Assembly: GCA_003487265.1 (NCBI GenBank)
Contig: DNEP01000006.1
Coordinates: 3,276-67,275, forward strand
Direction: 5' to 3'
DNA from: Minisyncoccota bacterium
Lineage (GTDB): Bacteria > Patescibacteriota > Microgenomatia > UBA1400 > UBA12028
DNA: 64,000 nt
Positions 40,780 through 50,515 of this stretch are shown piece by piece (positions within the stretch are counted from its first letter, which is position 1; each line of letters begins with the position of its first letter). The notes under the pieces were generated by a model. That model made no database searches. It was not told the origin of the DNA and saw only the letters and a program-made list of their open reading frames with translations. The position numbers were made by a program, and so were the translations under genes.

Positions 40780-41127
40780 TTAGATCGCTGGGTTAAGGAT
40801 GTCAAATCCTGCACCGAAGAATACGAGTGACAAGATCTGAACAATCCAATACGCCCCGATTACAAGGAGAAATCCAATAAGCGCGGTTTGAATCGTTTTT
40901 GACCCTTTTTCGAGTCCTTTTGGATCACCTCCAGATGCGACAATGGTGATTCCACCAAACACAAGCATAACAAAGATGATTAACCCACCAAACAGAAAAA
41001 TGTTTGGTAAAAACACATTGATAATGCTCGCGGGATTGGGAAATTTTGAGTCAATAGTTGCCCCAGTATTCGAGTTTAAGATGAGTTCTTGTTTGAAATC
41101 AACGACGGCAAGCAACGATCTGGACAT
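40780..41127 (-). CDS. VirB2/TrbC-like pilin 1
   Basis: GGITIVASGGDPKGLEKGSKTIQTALIG; TGcTAAGAT-N6-ATG. Confidence 0.85.
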   Translation of the reverse strand: MSRSLLAVVDFKQELILNSNTGATIDSKFPNPASIINVFLPNIFLFGGLIIFVMLVFGGITIVASGGDPKGLEKGSKTIQTALIGFLLVIGAYWIVQILSLVFFGAGFDILNPAI

Positions 41128-41146
41128 ACGAATATCTTAGCATATT

Positions 41147-41536
41147 TCAGAAAATCTGAGGGGGTTGCGTGCTTGTTTGTGTTTCTGCCGAGCCCGATGC
41201 CTGTTGCGCCGTTGAAGGCGAGGGTTTTGGGGTTGGGCTCCCCTGCGTTGCAACGTCGAGTGCGATCGGAAAAGATGACAACTCGTCTTGTGTGTATTGA
41301 CGGCGTTGATCAACATCGCGAATCGTGTTTTTGTCAATTGTGTCAGGTAATTTTTTTGTTTGTTCTTGAATTTCGGCAGGAAGGGTATATTTTTTTGCGT
41401 TTATCGACAGAGACACCGCGATCCACAGAATAACGGTGATGATACCAATAATGCCAATCATGGCGTATTCTCGACTATGCGTTACATATGCCAAGAAAGA
41501 TTGATCTTTTGGAGAGCGTATTTTTTGCGATGTCAT
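41147..41536 (-). CDS. Hypothetical single-TM protein (PilP position)
   Basis: TM, Pro/Ser-rich tail; ATGA-coupled to the PilO-like gene. Confidence 0.6.
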   Translation of the reverse strand: MTSQKIRSPKDQSFLAYVTHSREYAMIGIIGIITVILWIAVSLSINAKKYTLPAEIQEQTKKLPDTIDKNTIRDVDQRRQYTQDELSSFPIALDVATQGSPTPKPSPSTAQQASGSAETQTSTQPPQIF

Positions 41537-42282
41537 AGTTCAACCTCGTCTTGTTTTTTCTTGATGGTTTTTTCAACTGGTTGCCCAACAAAAAACGCGT
41601 GTACTTCTAACGACGCATTTTGAATGCTCACCTCATCTGCGTTTTTTAGCGTTGCGATGGATACAGATTGGACCTTCATCATGCGATCGGCCTTTTCCAC
41701 TGCTTGAATAAACGATCGGATTTGGGGATAGGTCGCGAGAAGGCGGACCTGAATAACCGCGGAATGAATTTCCCCATTTTTTTCTGGGGCGGGGAGATTT
41801 TCTGGAATGGATGCCATTTGAATAGATGAAAGGCGGATTCCTTGATCGGAACCAATGCGTTCAATCCGTTTTACCACCTCTTCGATCTCGGGAGTGTTTG
41901 GAATGGTGCGATGGAGGTTGTTGATTTGCGCTTTTAATGGCGGAAGTTCGGTTGAAAATGAAGAAAGTACCGAGATTTTTTCTGACAACAACTGTGTTGT
42001 TTTTTGTCGATCCTCGATTTGTTTGAGGAGATCGGACATGGTGAGAAGCGTGGGGCGAATTGCAAGCGTTGCGAGTAAAACAATAGACAGCACCGTCGCG
42101 GTAAGTTCAAGTGTTGTGCGCGAAGAAGACTGGTTTACGAGTCGTTGTGCGGTTTGCTCCGCAATACGCCGAAGGTCGTAAAACGTTGCCTTCGCTTGTT
42201 TTTTTGGGCCAAACGATTGCGGTTGAGGTGCAGAAAATTGAGAAGGAGAGGTTGAGCCGACTGTTTGTGGTGCGTCTGTCAT
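41533..42282 (-). CDS. pilO: PilO-like type IV pilus assembly protein
   Basis: TM, coiled coil, IP..PE, ATYPQIRSFIQAVEKADRMMKV. Confidence 0.75.
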   Translation of the reverse strand: MTDAPQTVGSTSPSQFSAPQPQSFGPKKQAKATFYDLRRIAEQTAQRLVNQSSSRTTLELTATVLSIVLLATLAIRPTLLTMSDLLKQIEDRQKTTQLLSEKISVLSSFSTELPPLKAQINNLHRTIPNTPEIEEVVKRIERIGSDQGIRLSSIQMASIPENLPAPEKNGEIHSAVIQVRLLATYPQIRSFIQAVEKADRMMKVQSVSIATLKNADEVSIQNASLEVHAFFVGQPVEKTIKKKQDEVEL

Positions 42283-42824
42283 GATTTTACCTCGAAAGAA
42301 AGAATGAACTGATATCCCATCTCTTTTTCATCATCGTTTCGAACTTGGGAAACCGAAAGTTTTTCAATTTGCGGTGATTTTTGAAGTGTGGTGACAAGAA
42401 GCGCAATATCATCTGCTGAGTTTGCAATTCCCGCAATTTGAAGTTGGGCGCCTTTTTGTTGAATAGTTTTCAGATATACGTTGCGAGGTATCTTTGAACT
42501 CACAACGTCAAGAGCGCGAACAATAGAACCTTGCTTTTCTGTTTGAGAAAGAAATGTTGTTTTTTGTTGGATTGCGCGAACATCCTGCTCCATTGTTCCG
42601 TAGGAGGAGACAATCGCCGATTTTTGGACGAGGGTTGCGTTAAGATCGGTGAGATCTCGGTCGAGCTTGAATCGAGAAGCGATACTCAAGATAACGATAA
42701 ACTCGGTGAAGATGATGAGATGTTTCCCAACCGCAGAAGACCAACTCAGCAAACGACCTACGGGCGTGTCAAGAAAAGGATCTTTTGGAAGTAAGTTGAT
42801 GGATTGGACAGGTTTTGTATTCAT
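42279..42824 (-). CDS. pilN: PilN-like type IV pilus assembly protein
   Basis: INLLP motif, TM, IPRNVYL, IAGIA, LQKSP; SD gagga before MNTKPV. Confidence 0.75.
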   Translation of the reverse strand: MNTKPVQSINLLPKDPFLDTPVGRLLSWSSAVGKHLIIFTEFIVILSIASRFKLDRDLTDLNATLVQKSAIVSSYGTMEQDVRAIQQKTTFLSQTEKQGSIVRALDVVSSKIPRNVYLKTIQQKGAQLQIAGIANSADDIALLVTTLQKSPQIEKLSVSQVRNDDEKEMGYQFILSFEVKS

Positions 42825-42895
42825 CGCTCCTCGGCAGGAAGGGTACATGGCGACCATGTATTTATGTATGATACTATATCTCAAAAGATTCTGCT

Positions 42896-43507
42896 ATGAA
42901 CTTCACCCCCCAATTTCAAGAAGAACGTCAAAAAGAGCGCGTGTTTGTTCACGATCTTCGATCTGGGGATGTGCGCGCGGTTGAGGAATGGTATCGCCTG
43001 TATAAACAAAAAATGTTGCGATATGTGAATCAAAAAATCGGCGATTCTCGTGACGCCGAGGAAGTCATGCATGATATTTTCCTTTCCTGTTTAGAAAGTC
43101 TCCCTCTTTTCCATGGTCAGTCGATGCTTTGGACGTGGATGTGCGCAATCGCGCGACACGAGATTGCCGATTATTTTCGCAAAAAATACGCAAAAAAATT
43201 GATCAAATCGATTCCACTTATTGATGCGATTTTACCTCTTGTGGGATCACGTTCGGGGGAAGATACACAAAGCACAACCGAGGAAATCCAACTCGCGCTT
43301 CGGGAGTTGTCGGATCGCGATCGCGAGATTTTGCTTATGAAGTACATTGATAAACTGCACGTGAGTGAAATCGCGAGAAAGTTTGGTGTGAGTCTGAAAA
43401 GCATGGAGTCCTCACTTTTTCGAGCGAGAAAATTATTTCGATCGTTATACGAACGCTCCTGTCGCAATGCGACCGAGGCGGTATTCATGGAAAACACAAA
43501 CGCGTGA
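42896..43507 (+). CDS. ECF RNA polymerase sigma factor
   Basis: DAEEVMHDIF, TWMCAIARHEIADYFRK, region 4 EIARKFGVSLKSMESSLFRARK. Confidence 0.9.
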   Translation: MNFTPQFQEERQKERVFVHDLRSGDVRAVEEWYRLYKQKMLRYVNQKIGDSRDAEEVMHDIFLSCLESLPLFHGQSMLWTWMCAIARHEIADYFRKKYAKKLIKSIPLIDAILPLVGSRSGEDTQSTTEEIQLALRELSDRDREILLMKYIDKLHVSEIARKFGVSLKSMESSLFRARKLFRSLYERSCRNATEAVFMENTNA

Positions 43508-43536
43508 AATAAGCGCGAATACTCGACGAATACATC

Positions 43537-43788
43537 ATGCAGGAAACAACATCAAAAAGAGATAAAAACAATCGAGAGGCAGTCTTCCTTTCTCGTTTGC
43601 GCGAACTCGCCGAAGAACAAACGATTCTTTCAAAAACATCGCCACTGCCCGATTGGTCTGCCCCTCTGGCAAACTGGATTGAAAAACGCGCGTATTGGCT
43701 TATTCCCAGCATCGCATTTTGTTTTTCGATGGTGATCTTTTTGTGGAAGTATCCAACCTTTCTTGAAATGGGAGCACACCTGCGATGA
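43537..43788 (+). CDS. Small membrane protein (putative anti-sigma factor)
   Basis: Directly downstream of the ECF sigma; C-terminal TM. Confidence 0.5.
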   Translation: MQETTSKRDKNNREAVFLSRLRELAEEQTILSKTSPLPDWSAPLANWIEKRAYWLIPSIAFCFSMVIFLWKYPTFLEMGAHLR

Positions 43789-44147
43789 ACTTCAAGATGA
43801 ATCTCATGCGCGTTCTTCCGCTTTTCTATAACCCTTTCCTCACCTTGCAGGGGGTGCTGTTTCATCCGTACAAAACATTTCGTGAAATTGCTCGAGAACA
43901 TCGGTGGTACTGGGTTGCTTTTCCTTCTTTACTTTGGATTTTTGGGTTTTTGATTTGGCGTATGCTGTTTTTGTTTGGTGTGTTGCGATTTGGATATGCA
44001 ATGAGCTGGATTTTTTTGTCGCTCTGGTTTACGATCTACTGTTCAATGTACCAAGTGTTTGTGTTGTATCTATTGGTGAGATTTGGAGATGTTAAACTGC
44101 AGATGATGTTACGTAAAAAAGGAAAACATGAAGGCGCAAAAATATGA
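43785..44147 (+). CDS. Yip1-like small membrane protein
   Basis: GVLFHPYKTFREI followed by TM helices. Confidence 0.55.
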   Translation: MNFKMNLMRVLPLFYNPFLTLQGVLFHPYKTFREIAREHRWYWVAFPSLLWIFGFLIWRMLFLFGVLRFGYAMSWIFLSLWFTIYCSMYQVFVLYLLVRFGDVKLQMMLRKKGKHEGAKI

Positions 44148-44767
44148 CACAGGATGCTGATTTGTTGGCCCGCGTTCAGCGCGCGATCGATCCTGACGTT
44201 TTTGCGCGTCTCTCGCAGATGCAGGTTGCATTTGTCGATGAAAACGGAATCGAGATTGGGCAAACCTCGGTGATTGATGCGCATCTTGGTGAAGCAAAAC
44301 GTCATCGCGCCGCTTCGGTCTTTTTATTTTCTGACTCTGGAAAAATGTTGATGCAACAACGAGCAAAACAAAAAATTGTTGGTGGTGAGCTGTGGTCGAA
44401 CACGATCTGTGGGAACGCCCGCCCCAGTGAGTCAAGTGAGGCGTGTGCCCACCGACGGTTGCGGGAAGAGCTGGGAATTGAGGGGGTGGTGCTGGAACAG
44501 GTGGACTCGTTTGAGTATCGCGTCCCATGTGATGCATTTTTTAGCGAGTGGGAGTTTGATACCGCGTTTATCGGCACATATTCAGCAGAACCAACGCCAA
44601 ACCCGCAAGAAGTGATGGGTTGGGAATATCTCTCGTTTGATGTTATTCAGAAACAGCTCGAGGATTATCCAGAAAAGTTTTCCCCGTGGTTTCGCGTATT
44701 TATAAAACGACCGAAAATTCTCGAGATGTTTCACGCTGTATCTAGGCAGATTGTAGAAAAAGAATAG
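44144..44767 (+). CDS. idi: Isopentenyl-diphosphate delta-isomerase (type 1)
   Basis: HRAASVFLF, QQRA..K, WSNTICG, RRLREELGI, PNPQEV, FSPWF. Confidence 0.92.
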   Translation: MTQDADLLARVQRAIDPDVFARLSQMQVAFVDENGIEIGQTSVIDAHLGEAKRHRAASVFLFSDSGKMLMQQRAKQKIVGGELWSNTICGNARPSESSEACAHRRLREELGIEGVVLEQVDSFEYRVPCDAFFSEWEFDTAFIGTYSAEPTPNPQEVMGWEYLSFDVIQKQLEDYPEKFSPWFRVFIKRPKILEMFHAVSRQIVEKE

Positions 44768-44783
44768 CGCGTGGGGGGTTTGT

Positions 44784-45764
44784 ATGCGAAAAGCAACTGT
44801 TCAATCATCATCTGATGTTGCATTAGTCAAGTATTGGGGGAGAAAAGACGAAGTATTACGTCTTCCAGAAAATGGAAGCATTTCGTTGATTTTAGATTCG
44901 CTGTATTCACAAACAACGGTTGAGTTTCGCAATGATTTGTCGCGGGACGAAGTCACCATTACCGGTCTATCGGAAGAAGGTGAAGAAACGCGCGTTTCAA
45001 AACACTTGGATCGTATTCGCGCATTGGCGGGAGTTCAAACGCGCGCAAAAGTGAACTCGGTAAATAATTTTCCTCCTGCGACGGGATTGTCGAGTAGTGG
45101 ATCGGGATTTTCTGCGCTCACGCGCGCTGGGTTGCTGGCGGCGGGTTTGGATTTGAATGAGCGTGAGATCTCAATTTTGGCGCGACAAGGATCGGGAACG
45201 GCGTGTCGATGCAGTTGTGGAGGAATTGTTGAGTGGAAAGATGGCGACACATCCGAAGCGTCATATGCGGAGTCGCTGTACGCTTCAGATTATTGGGATA
45301 TTCGAGATGTGATTGCGGTTGTTTCCACCGGTCGAAAAGATACTTCTTCAAGTGAAGGACACACGTTGGCGAAAACCTCTCCGTTATATTCAACTCGATT
45401 AGCAAACATTCCCAAAAAACTCTTTCAAGTAAAAGAGTTGTTGGCAAAAAAAGCGTTCGAGGAGTTGGGAGAGGTTGTCGAGCAGGAAGCGCTCGAATTT
45501 CATAGCATTTTATTTACCTCAACGCCATCGCTTTTTATATGGTTGCCAGGAACGATCGAGGTTATTCGTGAGGTTCGTGCGCTTCGTACAGAAGGAGTGC
45601 CCGCATATTTCACGATCAGTACGGGATTTAACGTGCATGTGCTGACGTTGCCGGAATTCGAATCAAAAGTTGAGGAACGGTTGCGCGCATTACCGTCGGT
45701 TATCAATATTTTAAAAAGTAAAATAGGCGATGCGCCAAAAGAACTGCAAACGCATTTGTTTTAG
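44784..45764 (+). CDS. mvaD: Diphosphomevalonate decarboxylase
   Basis: VALVKYWGRKD, LPENGSISL, NNFPPATGLSSSGSG, ARQGSGTACR. Confidence 0.92.
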   Translation: MRKATVQSSSDVALVKYWGRKDEVLRLPENGSISLILDSLYSQTTVEFRNDLSRDEVTITGLSEEGEETRVSKHLDRIRALAGVQTRAKVNSVNNFPPATGLSSSGSGFSALTRAGLLAAGLDLNEREISILARQGSGTACRCSCGGIVEWKDGDTSEASYAESLYASDYWDIRDVIAVVSTGRKDTSSSEGHTLAKTSPLYSTRLANIPKKLFQVKELLAKKAFEELGEVVEQEALEFHSILFTSTPSLFIWLPGTIEVIREVRALRTEGVPAYFTISTGFNVHVLTLPEFESKVEERLRALPSVINILKSKIGDAPKELQTHLF

Positions 45765-45772
45765 GACTGTAT

Positions 45773-46471
45773 ATGAACAAACCAATAGATCATATCGCGA
45801 TCATTATGGACGGAAATCGTCGGTGGGCACGCGCACATTCTCTTCCCGAAGTTGCGGGGCACGAGTTTGTGGTGAATCATGTGATTGAGGAGCTCGTTGA
45901 TGAATGTGTAGCGCAACATATTCCATATCTTACATTGTGGGCATTTAGCACAGAAAACTGGAATCGGTCAACACTCGAGGTAAATGCGGTGCTTAATCTT
46001 TTTCGCAAAGCATTTGAAAAAAATGTTCAAGATCTACACAAAAAAGGTGTGCGATTGCTGATGATTGGAGATTTGTCGCGTTTTCCCGAGGATATTCAAA
46101 AAAATGTCGCGCGATGGATTGAAATGTCGAAAGATAATACAAAAATTACGCTGATTATCGCGCTGAATTACGGTGGTCGTGATGAAATTGTTCGTGCGAT
46201 GAAAAAACTTTCTGTTGAGAACTTTCCACCCGAAAAACTGCGCGAAATATCAACCGATTCATTTGGGGAATTCCTCGACACCGCGGGAGTTCCCGATCCC
46301 GATCTCATCATTCGCCCAGGGGGTGAAAAGCGCCTGTCTGGGTTTATGCTTTGGCAAAGTGCGTACGCGGAGTTGTATTTTTCTGATTTGATGATGCCCG
46401 AGTTTCGCACCGAGGCGTTGCGAGATGCAGTTCAAGACTATGGGGAACGTAAGCGGCGTTTTGGAAAATAA
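45773..46471 (+). CDS. uppS: Undecaprenyl diphosphate synthase
   Basis: HIAIIMDGNRRWA, AFSTENWNRS, NYGGRDEI, DPDLIIRPGGEKRLSGF. Confidence 0.96.
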   Translation: MNKPIDHIAIIMDGNRRWARAHSLPEVAGHEFVVNHVIEELVDECVAQHIPYLTLWAFSTENWNRSTLEVNAVLNLFRKAFEKNVQDLHKKGVRLLMIGDLSRFPEDIQKNVARWIEMSKDNTKITLIIALNYGGRDEIVRAMKKLSVENFPPEKLREISTDSFGEFLDTAGVPDPDLIIRPGGEKRLSGFMLWQSAYAELYFSDLMMPEFRTEALRDAVQDYGERKRRFGK

Positions 46472-46511
46472 AATTTCGGAAATACCTCCAGATTTTTGAT
46501 AGAATAAACAA

Positions 46512-48257
46512 GTGAGAAAAACATCCATTTTTGTTGTGATCTTTTTTGTCCTTTTTTCGTTTTATTTTTCCAGAGGATTTTTTGTTCGTGCGATTGATTG
46601 TCAGGGGGACGCAACCTGCACACAACTCTCTCAAGACATTGAAAAACTTCAAAAAGATTTAGAGGCGAGTGTGAATGCAACAACACCATTGGTTGATGAA
46701 GTAAAAAAGCTTGATGCGCGAATTAAATCAATACAGTCAGCAATCTCATCAGCGAAAAAAAAGGCAAACGATCTCGCGATCGATGTTGAAAAACGAGAAG
46801 CCGAGCTTGGTCAGACCTACACAGAACTTGCGCTCCGCGTGCGTCGACAGTACATGCAAAAACGATCAACATCAGATTTGGAGATATTTTTCAGCAATAC
46901 CTCCTCGAGCACCACGCGCGCACTCGCGTATCGTGCGAGTTTGGCAAAACAGGATGAACAAAAAGTGCATGAGTTGGGTGCAATAATCATTGCACTAGAA
47001 GAAGACAAAAAGCGATTAGAACAAGAACAGAAGCAACTCGCGGGATTACAGGTACAAATCGACAAACAGGCGAGTTTTTTCAAGCAGGAAATCGCAAATG
47101 CCGTTTCATATCAACAATCGTTGCGTGGGAAAATCGCGGAGTTTTCTGCGAAACAGCAGTCGATTTTGTCTGAAAAATCGGGAACATTTCAAACAACCGT
47201 TGGAGATGTTCCACTCGCCGATGATTTTAACGCATCGCCCGCGTTTTCCCCACCGTTTAGCCCCGCATTCGCGGTATTTTCGTTTGGTGCCCCCCACTTT
47301 AACGGGCTTTCGCAGTACGGCGCGCTCGGGCGATCAAAAGAGGGGCAAAGTGCGGATCAGATTTTACACGCCTACTACGGCGATGTTGAGATCAAAAAAG
47401 ATTATGATCAGAACACTGAAATTTGTGTCGGCTCAAGCGCTTCAAACTGCGAGCGCATGTCGATGGAAACCTACGCAAAACGCATTTACGAAGTTCCCAA
47501 CGGTTGGGGCGATCAAGGGGGAATGGAGGCGTTGAAAGCGCAGGCGGTTGCCGCGCGATCCTACGCGTTGGCGGACATGCAACGGCGAGGGTACATTTGT
47601 GCAACAGAATCGTGCCAAGTGTATAAATCTTCAAACAAGGGCGGGAACTGGGAGAGCGCAGTGAACGCGACGGCGGGCTGGGTGCTTATGAAGAACGGAA
47701 AACCGTTATGGGCAAAATATGCCTCAACCGCGGGAGGATACATTGATGCATACACCGATTCTGCATCCACAGGGCATCGAACGCCGAGTTTTTGGGATAC
47801 AAAAAATGGTCGCGATGGATGGACTTCACAGGCATTCGAAAAAATTGCGGGGAGTCCGTGGTTTTACAAAGCGTGGTACAAAACGCGAGGGGGTGATTCC
47901 TGCGGTCGTTCGCATCCGTGGCTCACACAGGAAGAAACCGCGGATGTTCTCAACGCGTGGATTGTGCTTTCAAACACGAGTGAGTCGCGTATCTCGCCTC
48001 TTGGTGGATGTTGGGGTGGGAATCCGTACTCGATGAGTGAGTTGCGCGATCGTGCGAACGGATACGGTGGCGCGGTGACAAGCGTGAGCGATGTTCATGT
48101 CGAGTATTCAAACGATGGATACACCGCCAATGTGATCTTTCAAACAAACAAAGGTGAGGTTTCGATTTCTGGGTCTGAGTTTAAAAAAGTGTTCAACATC
48201 CGCGCGCCTGGCAACATTTCGGTCAAGAGTGGGTTGTTTAATGTAGAGAAGAGATAA
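46512..48257 (+). CDS. SpoIID/LytB domain protein with N-terminal coiled coil
   Basis: GLSQYGA, ILHAYY, EALKAQAVAARSY, ICATESCQVY. Confidence 0.88.
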   Translation: MRKTSIFVVIFFVLFSFYFSRGFFVRAIDCQGDATCTQLSQDIEKLQKDLEASVNATTPLVDEVKKLDARIKSIQSAISSAKKKANDLAIDVEKREAELGQTYTELALRVRRQYMQKRSTSDLEIFFSNTSSSTTRALAYRASLAKQDEQKVHELGAIIIALEEDKKRLEQEQKQLAGLQVQIDKQASFFKQEIANAVSYQQSLRGKIAEFSAKQQSILSEKSGTFQTTVGDVPLADDFNASPAFSPPFSPAFAVFSFGAPHFNGLSQYGALGRSKEGQSADQILHAYYGDVEIKKDYDQNTEICVGSSASNCERMSMETYAKRIYEVPNGWGDQGGMEALKAQAVAARSYALADMQRRGYICATESCQVYKSSNKGGNWESAVNATAGWVLMKNGKPLWAKYASTAGGYIDAYTDSASTGHRTPSFWDTKNGRDGWTSQAFEKIAGSPWFYKAWYKTRGGDSCGRSHPWLTQEETADVLNAWIVLSNTSESRISPLGGCWGGNPYSMSELRDRANGYGGAVTSVSDVHVEYSNDGYTANVIFQTNKGEVSISGSEFKKVFNIRAPGNISVKSGLFNVEKR

Positions 48258-48258
48258 A

Positions 48259-49836
48259 TTAATACAACTGCATGTCTGGATGCGTTGATGGAATATAGAA
48301 CAACGCTCCCTGCGGATCGGCAGAATAAAACATATTTTTGATGTTTCCGGTGGTTACTTTGTACAACACCCCCGCGAGTGACTGTCCCCAAGAATTACCA
48401 AGTTGTGAGGTAAGAAAGTCGGTGGGAGGACTCCAGTTTTCTCCTGCTATCGATCGGCCTATATGGAAAAGCACATCTTTCCAACGGGGAAGTTTAAACA
48501 AAACGTGGATATCAAGAACGGCTCCACGCTGACCTTGATTTGCCTTTGCAATTGTTGAGAGAATGAGTGATAAAAGATTTTCAGTTGAAAATGCCACCCA
48601 TACTCCCAAACGAAACTCGGGGCAATCGAGGTTCGATTTATCTTGCTGGAGTGTGACGATTTCATGAATGATCTGTTTTAACATCGTTCCAATTTCTTGC
48701 CCACCATCTATAATGTCGGTGATAATTTTTGAGTTTTTAAAGTATTCCACTGGAACTGCGCGAAGCGAACGAGCTTTTCCAGTAGGAATAATTACTCGGA
48801 TTTGCTTTTGAATATTTGTGAAAATGTACACTTCAGTATCAGAATATTTTTCCATTTTTACATAGCTGAGCTGTTGTTGTTCACATCGATGAATAAGATA
48901 GTCAGCAATATGAAATCCCGATCGATAGGCTTTCCCACTTTTTCCAAACGGCGTGCGATCTCCAAGCGGTGTCACAATGTAGGAAATATCATTCTGATTT
49001 GGGTCGGGAATATCGCGTTCTAAACATGTGTCAATTAATCTGCGGACTTCAGTTTTGTAATCTTCTGGTTCAATCGCAACTGTTTTTTCAAGCAATGCGT
49101 TCCAAGCATGATTTGTGGCGGTAAACCGATCTCGCAGATCGGAAAAATGTGAAAATAAACTCCAAAGCATTTTCCAGCTTAAAAAACTTCCCGTTGTAAC
49201 CTGTTCCCAAGTTCGTTGTTCCGATGCCAAACAAGGGTGGACTTGACGAGGAACAAGAAAGGTATCATTCGCCATAACCGCTAATCCTGTCGGCTTAAGA
49301 TGTGCTGGGATCTCCTCTGAGATTGCGTATGCTCGTAAAGAGTCTGGCCAAGTGGAAACTTGCTCAAAAGAAGTGCGAAAACACTGCTCAATTTGTTTCA
49401 TAACGATTTGAGATTGACATTCTTGTTGACGTGGAGGCTGTTGTCTCTGTGGTTTTGGTTCTTGAGGAAGTGGTTGAGGAAGATCGTTGAGTGTGGGTTC
49501 AGAAAACGGTTGTTGAGTTGGAATGGTAATGGGCGCGTCGTTTAGGCTGAGTCTTGGGAGTGGAACAGGAATATTCCCAAACTCAGGAGGAAGCGTATCA
49601 GGATCTTCTAGTGGTTCCCATTGTGGTTCTGAGGGAAAAAGAAATGGAAGAAGTGGGAGACCAAAAGGAGTCAATAAGTTTCTAATCATTTCTTCTGCAA
49701 GAATTGCTCCACCAAGTTTCAGCAAACCGCGCCTCGAAAGTAAAAGTGGTGGTTTTTCATATCCACTAAAGGATGGATCCGACGTCTCTATCTTCTCAAT
49801 ATAGACTGGTGCTGATATCTCAGTTCGCTTTGACAT
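48259..49836 (-). CDS. Hypothetical protein with twin-arginine-like motif
   Basis: SRRGLLKLGG, hydrophobic stretch, Pro-rich linker. Confidence 0.6.
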   Translation of the reverse strand: MSKRTEISAPVYIEKIETSDPSFSGYEKPPLLLSRRGLLKLGGAILAEEMIRNLLTPFGLPLLPFLFPSEPQWEPLEDPDTLPPEFGNIPVPLPRLSLNDAPITIPTQQPFSEPTLNDLPQPLPQEPKPQRQQPPRQQECQSQIVMKQIEQCFRTSFEQVSTWPDSLRAYAISEEIPAHLKPTGLAVMANDTFLVPRQVHPCLASEQRTWEQVTTGSFLSWKMLWSLFSHFSDLRDRFTATNHAWNALLEKTVAIEPEDYKTEVRRLIDTCLERDIPDPNQNDISYIVTPLGDRTPFGKSGKAYRSGFHIADYLIHRCEQQQLSYVKMEKYSDTEVYIFTNIQKQIRVIIPTGKARSLRAVPVEYFKNSKIITDIIDGGQEIGTMLKQIIHEIVTLQQDKSNLDCPEFRLGVWVAFSTENLLSLILSTIAKANQGQRGAVLDIHVLFKLPRWKDVLFHIGRSIAGENWSPPTDFLTSQLGNSWGQSLAGVLYKVTTGNIKNMFYSADPQGALFYIPSTHPDMQLY

Positions 49837-49898
49837 AGCCTATAATGATACCATAAGGGTCAAGACTTGAGATATGAGAAGAATCAGTGTTTTATGTC

Positions 49899-50297
49899 TT
49901 AAAACCCGATCTTATTCACTATGAAAAATGTCACAGTGGAAACCGAGGCCGCGAGCACCGCGCCCCAAGCCAAATCGACGAGCGTGACCAAAAGTGGCCA
50001 GTCTTTCGCGACTGCCAAGTTTGTTAAATCGTAAGTGGCGTAACACACAAATCCGAACAGAGCGCCAAAAAGAAGTGCGTGCATCCATGAATTTTTTTCC
50101 ATCGCAGGAGTGATCACAAACACCACGAGTCCGGCAATAAAAATCAAATAAAAAATAATTGCGGCAATCCAGTTCACATCAGATTTCATTAACGATCCGA
50201 TTTGATCTCGATAAAAGTTTTTGGATACAACGCCAAGCCAAATCATGTCGATTGCGAAAAAGACGGGAAGCGCGATGAGGCTAAGTTTCAAAAACAT
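49899..50297 (-). CDS. DUF2177 family membrane protein
   Basis: IDMIWLG, YATYDLTNLA, DLAWGA. Confidence 0.9.
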   Translation of the reverse strand: MFLKLSLIALPVFFAIDMIWLGVVSKNFYRDQIGSLMKSDVNWIAAIIFYLIFIAGLVVFVITPAMEKNSWMHALLFGALFGFVCYATYDLTNLAVAKDWPLLVTLVDLAWGAVLAASVSTVTFFIVNKIGF

Positions 50298-50333
50298 GCG
50301 TTACCTCTTCTTTTTAGTATTGTATAGATTGAA

Positions 50334-50423
50334 TGGCGGAAGGGGAGGGAATCGAACCCTCGTGGAGCTTGCGCCCCCAGCGGTTTTCAAGACCGAGCCG
50401 ATAGACCGCTCCGGCACCCTTCC
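50334..50423 (-). tRNA. tRNA-Ser(TGA)
   Basis: GGAAGGGTG...CGGT-CTTGAAA-ACCG, long variable arm, GGTTCGATTCC, ends CCA. Confidence 0.95.
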
Positions 50424-50515
50424 TTAAATATCTGTGACCACTTATATTGCGCGTCGCAGTCGATAGTATACAACATTGTAAGCCGTTTGTAGGATCTGCG
50501 CCGTATGCTGTGCGC

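Noticed and set aside
18831-42824. Integrative conjugative element
   Set aside because: No relaxase, coupling protein, integrase or flanking direct repeats in the window; the locus abuts dnaN.
50334-50423. Selenocysteine or opal-suppressor tRNA, or genetic code 25
   Set aside because: The anticodon is TGA (Ser), not TCA; TGA serves as a normal stop (valS, rnpA, tmRNA tag).
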